NCBI GenBank assembly: GCA_965205655.1
Contig: CBDBIJ010000143.1
Location: 1 to 53,545, forward strand
DNA from: Candidatus Latescibacterota bacterium
GTDB taxonomy: Bacteria > Latescibacterota > UBA2968 > UBA8231
DNA length: 53,545 bases
Reading direction: 5' to 3'
Shown here: positions 20,043 to 28,920 of the stretch, piece by piece
Layout: every line of letters starts with the position of its first letter
Numbering within the stretch: the first letter of the stretch is position 1
Position numbers and translations under genes: made by a program
Notes under the pieces: model-generated
Databases searched by the model: none
The model's input: the letters and a program-made list of their open reading frames with translations, nothing else
What the model was told of the DNA's origin: nothing

Positions 20043-21418
20043 GAGCTATAATCAGAAGGTGTGGAAATAGACAGACGGCGATCCTACCCTTCCTTTGTAA
20101 TTAGCCATCACAAACGCCGGGGCTATCCCGGCAGGAAGAGGAGAATCGCCATGGCACAACCTAAGCCGAGCACGACGGAAATGTCCATGCCCACGTTCGA
20201 AACGCTGGAAGAGTGGACACGCTCGCAGATTCAGTCGCTGATGCAGTCGGTTCTGGATGAAGAAGTCACCCATGCGCTGGGACGGTCACGGTACGAACGA
20301 CAGGCACCGTTGGACGCAGCCGGCGGCTACCGCAATGGGTACGGGAAGCGGCGGCGACTGTCCTTGACCTCGGGCACGATCGAGGTGAAACGCCCTCGGG
20401 TGCGGGGTCTGGAAGAGCGATTTGAGAGTGCGGTACTGCCGCTGTTCGCCCGGCGCACCCAAGAAACAGGTCAGCTGCTGCCAGAGCTTTACCTGCACGG
20501 TTTGTCTCAGGGCGACTTCGAGCTGGCGCTGCGCGGCCTGCTGGGCAAGGGAGCGCCTTTGTCGGCGTCCTCGATCGCTCGTTTGCGTGAGAAGTGGATC
20601 GTCGAATACAACGCCTGGCGCAGCCGACGACTGGATGACCGCGAGCTCGTCTACGCCTGGGCGGACGGGATCTACGTCAAAGCCGGTCTTGAGAAGCAAA
20701 AAGCCGCTCTCCTGGTGGTCATCGGCGCGATGAGCGATGGGCGCAAAGAAGTCCTGACGATTGTCCCGGGCTATCGCGAATCGACAGAGTCGTGGGCGGG
20801 CGTACTGCGCGATCTGCGTGACCGCGGACTGAGCGTGGCGAAGTTGTTGGTGGCGGATGGGCACCTGGGTATCTGGGCGGCCCTGGCAGAGGTCTGGCCG
20901 GAGACGGCTGAACAGCGATGCTGGAATCACCGCATCCTGAACGTGCTGGATAAGCTGCCAAAACGCGTGCAGGTCGAAGGGCGGCACCTGCTGACACAGA
21001 TCCCGTACGCGCCGACCCGTCAGGAAGCGACGAAACGTCGCGATCAATTCGCCAAACGGTTTCGCCGCGAGTGTCCAGACGCCGTCGATATCCTCGAGCG
21101 CGATTGGGACCGTATGGTGACATTCTACGACTTTCCCGAGGCCCACTGGCAACACCTGCGCACCACCAACGTCGTCGAAAGTCCCTTCGCTTCGGTACGG
21201 TTGCGAACCAATGCGGCCAAACGATACAGGAAGGTGGCCAATGCCACCGCCCTCATTTGGCGGGTACTGATGGTGGCCGAGAAACGATTCCGGCGACTCA
21301 ATGCACCGCATCTCATGGCTGACGTCTACGCCGGGGAGTGCTACGAAAACGGATCACCCATCGCGCAAAGGAAGAAGATCGCCGCCTGAGTCGTTTACAC
21401 ACCATTTGACCCTAGCTC
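20043..21418 (+). mobile_element. IS256-family insertion sequence (1376 bp)
   Basis: Imperfect terminal IRs GAGCTATAATCAGAAGGTGTGGAAA vs reverse complement of right end GAGCTAGGGTCAAATGGTGTGTAAA; flanked by 9-bp direct repeat TACGCTCCC. Confidence 0.93.
20151..21389 (+). CDS. IS256-family (Mutator-like) DDE transposase
   Basis: YRNGY, ELYLHGLS, WADG (D), VADG (D), QRCWNH (CxxH), TTNVVES (E); GAGGAG RBS. Confidence 0.95.
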   Translation: MAQPKPSTTEMSMPTFETLEEWTRSQIQSLMQSVLDEEVTHALGRSRYERQAPLDAAGGYRNGYGKRRRLSLTSGTIEVKRPRVRGLEERFESAVLPLFARRTQETGQLLPELYLHGLSQGDFELALRGLLGKGAPLSASSIARLREKWIVEYNAWRSRRLDDRELVYAWADGIYVKAGLEKQKAALLVVIGAMSDGRKEVLTIVPGYRESTESWAGVLRDLRDRGLSVAKLLVADGHLGIWAALAEVWPETAEQRCWNHRILNVLDKLPKRVQVEGRHLLTQIPYAPTRQEATKRRDQFAKRFRRECPDAVDILERDWDRMVTFYDFPEAHWQHLRTTNVVESPFASVRLRTNAAKRYRKVANATALIWRVLMVAEKRFRRLNAPHLMADVYAGECYENGSPIAQRKKIAA

Positions 21419-21427
21419 TACGCTCCC
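21419..21427. repeat. right target-site duplication TACGCTCCC
   Basis: Identical to 20034-20042. Confidence 0.92.
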
Positions 21428-21488
21428 TTCTGTTGGGCTTAGTCTGGCTCTGTGTCGCTATGATCATCGTTCGTTCGGTCAGTGTCAA

Positions 21489-22706
21489 TCAATAGGCTCG
21501 CCAGCTCGGCGACGCCTCGTCCCTGTCCGGCGTGTTCGTAATGTTGACAGGCATGGTGGGACGCTCTTCGGCGTCGTCCCAGTCGAAACCGACGGCGGCG
21601 ACTATGAAGATGTCGTAGGAGCCCTCAGGACGATACTTGCCCGTCCTCTTGTTGAAGGAGACGTCGAGCACTCCGTCCTCGCGCAGGTTCATTTTTCCCT
21701 GGTAAACGATCGATCGGCCGTCGTCGGAGAACTCCGGGTCTTGCTCGAGGGTTTGTTCGGCTATGGTGATGCGCACCAGCTGGCCGCTCTCGACACCTGC
21801 GATCATCAGTTCCTGTCCGCCGGCGCGCTCAGAGTTGAACGCCAGCCGCAAACCGTCCGGCGACCATGCGGGAAACCCGTCGATGCGCTTCTGGTCCGTG
21901 ATGCGGCGCAGGTTGGTGCCGTCGGCGTCGATGATGTAGATCTCGTCATTGCCCTCGAACTGGCTGGAGGTAAAGGCGATGCGCCCCCCATCCGGTGACC
22001 ACGACGGCTCCCGACCCTGAACGAGTCTTCGCTTGGCGCCGCCGTCGGCGTTCATGATCCACACCGCCACCTCCCCTTCCCTTTGACTTACGAAGGCGAT
22101 CTGATCGCCTGTCGGCGACCACGCGGCTCGCTCGTCACGCTCCTCGTGTTCCGTCAGGCGCACGGCGCCCGATCCGTCGTCGTTTATCGCGTAGACGTCG
22201 AGGTTCGTGTACACCTCGCCCCGCGTGAATAGAATCTTCTCGCCGCCAGGCGACCAGGATGGATGTTGCTCGCTTTCCTTGGTGTCTGTCAGCTGGGTGA
22301 GCTCGCTGCCGTTCGTCTTGATGGTGAACAGATCCCAATCGCGGACTTTTGTGGGGCTGGAGGCAAAGACGATGGTGCCTTCTGTGGCGGGCGCCAGATT
22401 CGATCCTGGAGGGAGTTCAAAGCTGAGCCGGTACGAGCGCACGCCGGAGAAGGGCTCCGAATCGACCGCCAGGGTCTTGGTCTCCAGATAACTGGTCCCC
22501 AGCACGCTCACCGTGTATGAGCCTTTGCTGACTTCCTCGAACCTGAATACGCCGGCATCCACGAGTCGGTTGAGCTTGTGCTCGAGCTGCCCGGCGACCA
22601 GGCGAAGCTTGTTGCCATCGCCGCCGACGATTTCAACGGCCACCTCATTGACGCCGCACGAGGTCGTCCACATGAGCAGAGCTGCCATTGGGAAAGTCCG
22701 CTTCAT
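21489..22706 (-). CDS. TolB-like PD40 beta-propeller lipoprotein
   Basis: Cys after hydrophobic N-terminus (TTSC); repeated PSWSPGG/AWSPTG/PSWSPDG/PAWSPDG blades. Confidence 0.87.
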   Translation of the reverse strand: MKRTFPMAALLMWTTSCGVNEVAVEIVGGDGNKLRLVAGQLEHKLNRLVDAGVFRFEEVSKGSYTVSVLGTSYLETKTLAVDSEPFSGVRSYRLSFELPPGSNLAPATEGTIVFASSPTKVRDWDLFTIKTNGSELTQLTDTKESEQHPSWSPGGEKILFTRGEVYTNLDVYAINDDGSGAVRLTEHEERDERAAWSPTGDQIAFVSQREGEVAVWIMNADGGAKRRLVQGREPSWSPDGGRIAFTSSQFEGNDEIYIIDADGTNLRRITDQKRIDGFPAWSPDGLRLAFNSERAGGQELMIAGVESGQLVRITIAEQTLEQDPEFSDDGRSIVYQGKMNLREDGVLDVSFNKRTGKYRPEGSYDIFIVAAVGFDWDDAEERPTMPVNITNTPDRDEASPSWRAY

Positions 22707-23449
22707 CCTTTCTTCACTTCCGTCCCGCGCTGACTACCCTCGAATCGAAAACTGAGATCGCCGATTCGCGTTTGGAGCTCTGCCATCAATTCGCCCACGT
22801 CGGCGAATTCGTCCGAGTAAATCGGCGCTCCCACCCGAAAGAACACGGCGGATCGCGGCGCCATGATATTCTCGTACTCGAGCCCGACGGGAATCATCGG
22901 AACGCGCAGACCCCCTTCCCTCTCTACGGAAATCATGTGCTCGATGACCTGCTTCTGGAGCACGCCCATGTTGTCGGCACAGCGCGTGCCCTCGGGGTGG
23001 GAAACCACCAGTTCACCAGTGGTGTACAGCCACGCCAGATAATCGAGCGTATGCTGATTTCTGTCACGGGCCCACTCGATCCTTTGGCGACGAACGTCGC
23101 GATCCTCGATGCGGCGAATATCGCGGGGCCTGACGATCTTGACCCCACCGAGCACCTCCAGAATCCCGTACAGGCCGACCTTCATCACATAACTGGCGTG
23201 CCGACTCGTCAATCTGTGAAGGAGCACTCCCTCGACGACGATGTCTCGATAGGCGCGGTGCTTGGGCAGGATGAGCGCCGTCCCGGAACGCGGCAAATTT
23301 TCGCCACCCTCGACGACGAATCGGTGATAGAGAAACAGAGGACCCTTGGACAGGTTCCGGACGGCGGTAGTTACTTTCTCCCAGCGCCGTAGGCGGAACT
23401 CGGTTCCCGGCTTCGTCTCAGACGATGTGGGGATCGTAGTAGGATCCAT
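22703..23449 (-). CDS. PlsC-like lysophospholipid acyltransferase
   Basis: KHRAYRD (HxxxxD), HPEGTR, IPVGL motifs. Confidence 0.85.
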   Translation of the reverse strand: MDPTTIPTSSETKPGTEFRLRRWEKVTTAVRNLSKGPLFLYHRFVVEGGENLPRSGTALILPKHRAYRDIVVEGVLLHRLTSRHASYVMKVGLYGILEVLGGVKIVRPRDIRRIEDRDVRRQRIEWARDRNQHTLDYLAWLYTTGELVVSHPEGTRCADNMGVLQKQVIEHMISVEREGGLRVPMIPVGLEYENIMAPRSAVFFRVGAPIYSDEFADVGELMAELQTRIGDLSFRFEGSQRGTEVKKG

Positions 23450-23461
23450 GACCCGCAAACA

Positions 23462-23496
23462 GAGGGGGGCTTTGCGTATTCACAAAGCCCCCTTTC
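23462..23496 (-). terminator. probable intrinsic terminator
   Basis: GGGGGCTTTG-N8-CAAAGCCCCC stem downstream of 23533..24120; short T tail. Confidence 0.6.
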
Positions 23497-23532
23497 AACG
23501 ACTCGAGCCCTTTCTTCGGCGGCCCTGCTCGG

Positions 23533-24120
23533 TTACTTGAACAGTTCCTTCACCTTGCCCCAGGTGTTGAAATCCACCTCCGTCATCACCGGCCCGGGGT
23601 GGCTCGCCGCCAGGGCACTCGTCACTTCGGGCAAGACCTCACCGGTTCCCTCGACCACCAGTGCACCGGCGCGGCTTTCGAGGAGGAGGAAGTCTTCAGC
23701 CTCCGGGTGCGGTTTCTCGAGCCAGGTGACGACCCTTCCGGACATTGGAGAGAGCGGAGACGACTCCCATGCGTCTGCCGGTTCGCGCTCGCGAACAGCT
23801 GAAGCGGGGACCATGAAAAACGTCGGCCCGAAGCGACGACCCATATCGGAGAAAACGTCCGGGACCTCCGAGGGCAGGTACACGCCCACGACATCGACCG
23901 TGGCATCGAATGGGTCCATGGCGAGTTGAATGTGCTGCAGCCTCACGAGGTGGTCGTCGATATCGGGATCGAAAACGTATACGACCTGATACGGTGCGAG
24001 CAGATCGACATCCAGATCCCGCGCGCGCGCGACGTCTCCGTCAGTCTGGATGGTCGGAATCCAGAGCACAGCAGCAGCCGTGACAGCGATCACTCGCATG
24101 TGTTTCGGACCAAATCGCAT
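23533..24120 (-). CDS. secreted hypothetical protein with C-terminal TWGKVKELF tail
   Basis: Signal-like N-terminus; body unrelated to the CBM9-like pair; shared C-terminal motif. Confidence 0.68.
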   Translation of the reverse strand: MRFGPKHMRVIAVTAAAVLWIPTIQTDGDVARARDLDVDLLAPYQVVYVFDPDIDDHLVRLQHIQLAMDPFDATVDVVGVYLPSEVPDVFSDMGRRFGPTFFMVPASAVREREPADAWESSPLSPMSGRVVTWLEKPHPEAEDFLLLESRAGALVVEGTGEVLPEVTSALAASHPGPVMTEVDFNTWGKVKELFK

Positions 24121-24137
24121 CGTAGCGTCCTCGAACT

Positions 24138-25268
24138 TTACTCTGCCCGGACGGAGTAACCTGTTTCGATCTCGCCCTCTCCCTGGACGATCTGCGCTTG
24201 GGAAAGGTGATCGGTCAAAACCTGCGCTACCTGTACCACTCCCACCCGGCGGGGAAGAGCGAAACCGAGGGCTACTCCAGTCCCTGGATCCGTCAACTCG
24301 CGACCGTTGTCCCAGACGCCGAACTTGTCGCCGTTCCGAATCCCATCCGCCAAGCCCACATTAATATAAGCTCGTAGGCCGTCGATATCTATTATTTTGG
24401 GCTCGGAGACGGATAGCGAGGGCGGTGGGGGTATCAGCTCAGTCAGACTGTGGGCCAGGTCCTGGAGGCATTGACCCACCGCCTGGCCCACGAGGGTCTC
24501 GTGAAACGCCTCCGTGCCCCATTCGTACTCCTCCAGAAAAATGTACTCGCGGTCGAGGGGGACGTGGGCGGCGGGGTTGACGATTCCCGTGCGCTTGCTG
24601 TCGGTGAGAGTATCTGCCCGATACTCCCCCCTCGCTCGGCCGTCGATAACGTTGTACAGCAGCACCGTCACGGTCGCCACCCCCTGGTAGCTGCGATACC
24701 CGCCGAGGGGCACCGTCGCCCGCATTCGATTCATCGTCAGGTTTTCGATCTCGCCGACGATGACGACGTCGGCGCCGAGCTGCCGCCCCACAGCGATGAT
24801 CCGACCCTTCGTGATTCTCCCTTCGAGCTCGTCTTCGTCGAGCAGTGTCAGGGCCCTCTCCGTGGGGATGACCCGGAAGAACTCGTGGCCCGCCAGTGAA
24901 TCCGCCAGACCGAGCGGCAGCTCGGTGTAGATATCCCACGGGCCACCGTACTTGGACAGATCCAGGAAGGGAAGTAGCAGGATCGCCTTCTTGAGCGCCG
25001 CATCGCCGTCGAGGACGGTTTCGCCATCCTCGTTCACCAATCCCCCGCTTGCGGGGGATTCGCGTGCGGCACGCGCCGCTGCCGTGCCTGCATCCACTTC
25101 GACCTGCGCCGCGCTCGCGTCCGCCGCAGCGGACCTCTCTGTTGGACTCGAGCCTTGGGCAGCGGAGCTCGAGTACCACTTGGCGACAGAGGTACAACCT
25201 GCCAGGCACAGCCAGGCAGTTGATATCAGCAGGAGCCAGATCAAGGCGCCGTACCCCGGACGCGACAC
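24138..25268 (-). CDS. lipoprotein with CsgG/TolB-N-like domain and FlgT C-terminal-like domain
   Basis: Lipobox LAGC; ILLLPF..., GRQLGADVVIVGEI, LYNVIDG; C-terminal YINVGLADGIRNGDKFGVW...LTDPGTG..LG. Confidence 0.7.
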   Translation of the reverse strand: MSRPGYGALIWLLLISTAWLCLAGCTSVAKWYSSSAAQGSSPTERSAAADASAAQVEVDAGTAAARAARESPASGGLVNEDGETVLDGDAALKKAILLLPFLDLSKYGGPWDIYTELPLGLADSLAGHEFFRVIPTERALTLLDEDELEGRITKGRIIAVGRQLGADVVIVGEIENLTMNRMRATVPLGGYRSYQGVATVTVLLYNVIDGRARGEYRADTLTDSKRTGIVNPAAHVPLDREYIFLEEYEWGTEAFHETLVGQAVGQCLQDLAHSLTELIPPPPSLSVSEPKIIDIDGLRAYINVGLADGIRNGDKFGVWDNGRELTDPGTGVALGFALPRRVGVVQVAQVLTDHLSQAQIVQGEGEIETGYSVRAE

Positions 25269-26519
25269 AGTAGATATGGTCCACGTGGAATGACCGCGAC
25301 CGAGGCCGCGGGGCCGTATCGCTGCAGCGCTTTCTCTACACCCGCTGCTAGCGACGGGATGATGTCGACCAGCGACAGCGTCTGGGCGAACTCTCTCATC
25401 CCCTCAGAGTACATCCCGACCTCTACCTTGTTGACGACCTTGCACAGCTCCTGCACTTGCCATTGATCGATGACGAAGAAATCGGGGTCTTCGAGTCGGT
25501 GCTCGAACTCGGCGGCGGATTGCGCAGATGTCACGAGGTCGCCGAATTCCATGCTCCCGATGCCCTCATCGCAGCGGGCGGCCATCAGAATTGTCCCGCC
25601 GTCACGGACGATTGGCAGGGCAGCCGTCATCCCTTTCACCGACTGGTAGAATGTGAGGTCGAGTGGAAAACCGGCGCCGGAGGTAATGACGATGTCGACC
25701 GGTTCGTCGACGTAGGCGCAGGCCCTCTCCTCGAGATAACTCACGCCTTCGCCGTGAGCCTTTTCAAGATCGCCGCAAAAAACACCCGTTATCCGTCTGC
25801 TGTCGTTCATCGTCACGTTGACGGTGAAATCGACCCCTGAGCGCTGCGCCGCCTCCAGGGCCTGCCGATGAACCGGATTGCCCTCGATGAAGCCCTCGGC
25901 TGCGCGCGGATGGAAGAGTATATGGGGACTGTGGAAGGCCCTGATCGTGTCGACCCCCATGATGCCGGGGCAGATCGCCTTCCTCCCTCCCGAGTAGCCG
26001 GCCATGAGGTGGGGCTCGATCAGGGAGGTGGCGATCTTCAGATCGGCTGAAGCGAACGCCTTGTCGATCCAGATCGGCATGCCGAGGGAGGTCTCGCCCA
26101 AATAGCACAACGTAGCCCTATCCCGCGCCACGTGGTTGACGATGCAATAGTCGGCGGCGATCTGCGGGCCGACCCAGTTCCACCAGCTCGTCCCCCGTAT
26201 TTGGCCTGTGCAAGCCGGTGCCGATGAGAATGGTGATTCGATCCCGGCTGATTCCCGCGCCCTCCAATATGCGCAGAACAGGGGGCAGGATGATCGGGTT
26301 GGGCACCGGCCTGGTGATGTCGGATATGACGATGCACGCATCTCGTTTTCCGGATGCCAGGCGAGCCAGGGATGGCGTTCCGATGGGATGACTGAGCGCC
26401 CCTTCGATCCGCTCCGACACCCGTTCGAGACCGGGAGACTGTCCCATCTCGAGAACCTGGCTGTGGTCGGGGACCTCGACCTCCAGTCCTTCTCTGCCGT
26501 AATCCAGCGACACCTTCAA
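25241..26519 (-). CDS. larA: nickel-pincer-dependent lactate racemase family protein (frameshift near 26150)
   Basis: ISDITRPVP, GTGLHRP, IVNH, IEPHLMAGYSGGRK, FHS, GFPLDLTFYQSVKG, ARCDEGIGS, DQWQVQ. Confidence 0.92.
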
Positions 26520-27442
26520 GGCTCGCTCACCCCAGGCCTTTCCGTCTGTAGCTTTTCACTGAGATAGGAGGCGAATGCGTCACCGTGATCGGGGTCCGCC
26601 AGGGCGAAGTCGGCGAAGGCTCGATAGTAGGTCAGTGGACTGCCGATATCGTAGCGTCGCTCCCCTGGCTCGAGCGGGACGCACTGAACCCGATCACCGG
26701 CTGCAACCAGGAGCCTGATGGCGTCTGTGAGCCAGAGTTCGCCTCCCACCCCCGCTTGTATCTGCTCGATGGTCGCGAATATCCGGGGGGTGAAAACGTA
26801 GCGAGCGGCCACAGCCAGACAACTGGGCGCCTCTTCCACGGAGGGTTTCTCGACGATGTCCTCGACGTCGAACACGGCTGACCCCCGTTCGCCCCCGTCG
26901 CCCGACGACACGTCAGTTGGCTTGACGATGCCGTATTTGAAAGTTTCTTCTCGGGGGACCTCCCACACCCCGATCGTCGCCGCCGCCGACCGGCGTTCGT
27001 GTGCCTCGATCATTCTGCCGACCACACCCGGCCGCCCGGGCGAGCTCAAAATGGTGTCCCCGAAGGCGACGACGAAGGATTCGCCCTTGACGAATTCGCT
27101 GGACATGCGGACGGCATCCGCCGTACCGGCCGGCCGTCGCTGGCGGGTGTAGAAAAACTCGACCCCCCTCGATTCGTAGTCGACCTGACCCATTTGCGCC
27201 GCGCTCGTGGAGAGCCGGGCCTCCAGCTCGGGATCGTCGTCGAAATGATCCTCGATAGAGCGCTTTTTCCTTCCCGTGATAAACAGAAACGTTTCAATGC
27301 CCTCCTCGATCAGCTCTTCGACTACGTACTGCACGACCGGTTTACGGCCCACCGGCAGCATTTCTTTGGGCTGGGACTTGGTGGCTGGCAGCAGCCGCGT
27401 TCCCATTCCCGCAACCGGAAGGATCGCTTTCGTAATCGCCAT
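26516..27442 (-). CDS. galU: UTP--glucose-1-phosphate uridylyltransferase
   Basis: KAILPVAGMGTRLLPATKSQPKEMLPV, IEDHFD, VEKP, GGELWLTDAI. Confidence 0.9.
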   Translation of the reverse strand: MAITKAILPVAGMGTRLLPATKSQPKEMLPVGRKPVVQYVVEELIEEGIETFLFITGRKKRSIEDHFDDDPELEARLSTSAAQMGQVDYESRGVEFFYTRQRRPAGTADAVRMSSEFVKGESFVVAFGDTILSSPGRPGVVGRMIEAHERRSAAATIGVWEVPREETFKYGIVKPTDVSSGDGGERGSAVFDVEDIVEKPSVEEAPSCLAVAARYVFTPRIFATIEQIQAGVGGELWLTDAIRLLVAAGDRVQCVPLEPGERRYDIGSPLTYYRAFADFALADPDHGDAFASYLSEKLQTERPGVSEP

Positions 27443-27607
27443 TGTCCTGTAACGGACTCGAATTGACTCGGATCGAGGGGTATCGATCGAGGCGAGTAGT
27501 GGCGCCGTAGGAGAGTGCGCCAAAGTTGCCTAACTCTTGAAAAATTACCGGATTAAATCTCCGCGATCAAGCGCCGGGGAGGCACCGAACTGGTCGATTT
27601 CGACTTC

Positions 27608-27636
27608 TTGACAGCCCCGTGCCGGGCCAGTAGCAT
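27608..27636 (+). promoter_or_regulatory. sigma70-type promoter
   Basis: TTGACA-17-TAGCAT upstream of the plus-strand gene. Confidence 0.65.
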
Positions 27637-27716
27637 TCGAACGACCTGTCTCGCCGCACATCCGCCGCCTCGGTCGGGGGGTCCACTATGCACGCCGAAT
27701 TCACTCGTGAAGGATT

Positions 27717-28886
27717 GTGCTCTCGCCTGCCCGTGCAGCGTTTCGGGCGAGACCATTGCTCTGGAGTGTCACCGTGCCGCATGACGGCGCCGACATGACC
27801 TCTCTCCGCGTCCGTCCGCTGGGACAGAGACAGAGCAAACACGAGCTCCGGGAAATTCTGCTGGACCCGGACGGCCCGCCTCCCGAGGCCGGAGCCATGG
27901 CCGCTTCCATCGCCTCGGTAGCCGATCGCATGCGCGCCGCCCGCGCGGCGGGGGCGGCGGTCATTCTGGCCTACGGCGCCCACCTTGTGAAGAACGGGCT
28001 CGCTCCCATCGTCAGGCGCCTGCTGGAGGGAGGCTGGCTCACTCATCTGGCGACAAACGGTGCCGGCGTCATTCACGATTGGGAATACGCCTTCCTGGGA
28101 CGCTCCGAGGAGGACGTGCGCGCCAACGTCGCCACCGGTCAGTTCGGGGCCTGGGACGAGACCGGCCGCTGCACCCAGGTGGCGGTCCTCGTCGGATCTC
28201 TCGCCGGCATGGGCTACGGGGAGTCAGTAGGCCGCTTCATCCTCGACGACGGGTGCCTGATCCAGGACAGGGCCGACCTCAGCGGCGCCCTTCGGGATTG
28301 GTCCACTGAACCGTCGGACGATGAATCGATGCCGGCGACGGCGGAGCTTCTGCAGACCCTGATGCGGTTCGGCATCCCCTCGGGTTTCTTCCGGGTCGAG
28401 CATCCGTTCAAGGACGCATCTCTCACAGCCGCTGCGGCTCGGCTCGACGTGCCGCTCACGGTCCATCCCGGAATCGGCTACGACATCGTCTACAATCACC
28501 CGATGGCGAACGGCGCAGCTCTGGGACGCGCAGCCGGCCGTGACTACGCTGTGCTCGTAGACAGCGTGGACCGTCTCGGCGACGCCGGCGTGGTCCTGTC
28601 AGTGGGATCTGCCGTGATGGCGCCTCAGGTCCTTGAAAAAGCCGTCGCCGCGGCCAACAACATTCGATCTCAACGGCAGCTCGGGCCTCTCGCCCCATAC
28701 ATAGCCGTCAACGATCTGGTGCCGACGGCATGGGACTGGTCGCACGGTGAGCCTCCCGTGGACGATCCGGCCTACTACATGCGATTCTGCAAGAGTTTCA
28801 GTCGGCTCGGGGGCGAGATGGCATACATCGGGGCCGACAATCGGGCGTTTCTCCACAACCTGTGTCGCGTCTTGGGAGAGGAGTGA
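27717..28886 (+). CDS. deoxyhypusine-synthase-like protein (true start may be nearer 27795)
   Basis: YGAHLVKNGL...HLATNGAGVIHDWE, PLTVHPGIGYDI, LSVGSAVMAPQVLEKA resemble the bacterial DHS-like NAD-binding family. Confidence 0.65.
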   Translation: MLSPARAAFRARPLLWSVTVPHDGADMTSLRVRPLGQRQSKHELREILLDPDGPPPEAGAMAASIASVADRMRAARAAGAAVILAYGAHLVKNGLAPIVRRLLEGGWLTHLATNGAGVIHDWEYAFLGRSEEDVRANVATGQFGAWDETGRCTQVAVLVGSLAGMGYGESVGRFILDDGCLIQDRADLSGALRDWSTEPSDDESMPATAELLQTLMRFGIPSGFFRVEHPFKDASLTAAAARLDVPLTVHPGIGYDIVYNHPMANGAALGRAAGRDYAVLVDSVDRLGDAGVVLSVGSAVMAPQVLEKAVAAANNIRSQRQLGPLAPYIAVNDLVPTAWDWSHGEPPVDDPAYYMRFCKSFSRLGGEMAYIGADNRAFLHNLCRVLGEE

Positions 28887-28920
28887 GTCGCACGCCCGGC
28901 GGCACGATGTTGAGGCAGGA

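Noticed and set aside
21489..22706. Calling the propeller tolB and exbBD a Tol-Pal system
   Set aside because: Lacks the TolB N-terminal domain, looks lipid-anchored, and no tolA or pal is adjacent
25276..25292. parS-like TGGTCCACGTGGAATG
   Set aside because: Three mismatches to the palindromic consensus, inside larA coding sequence, single copy
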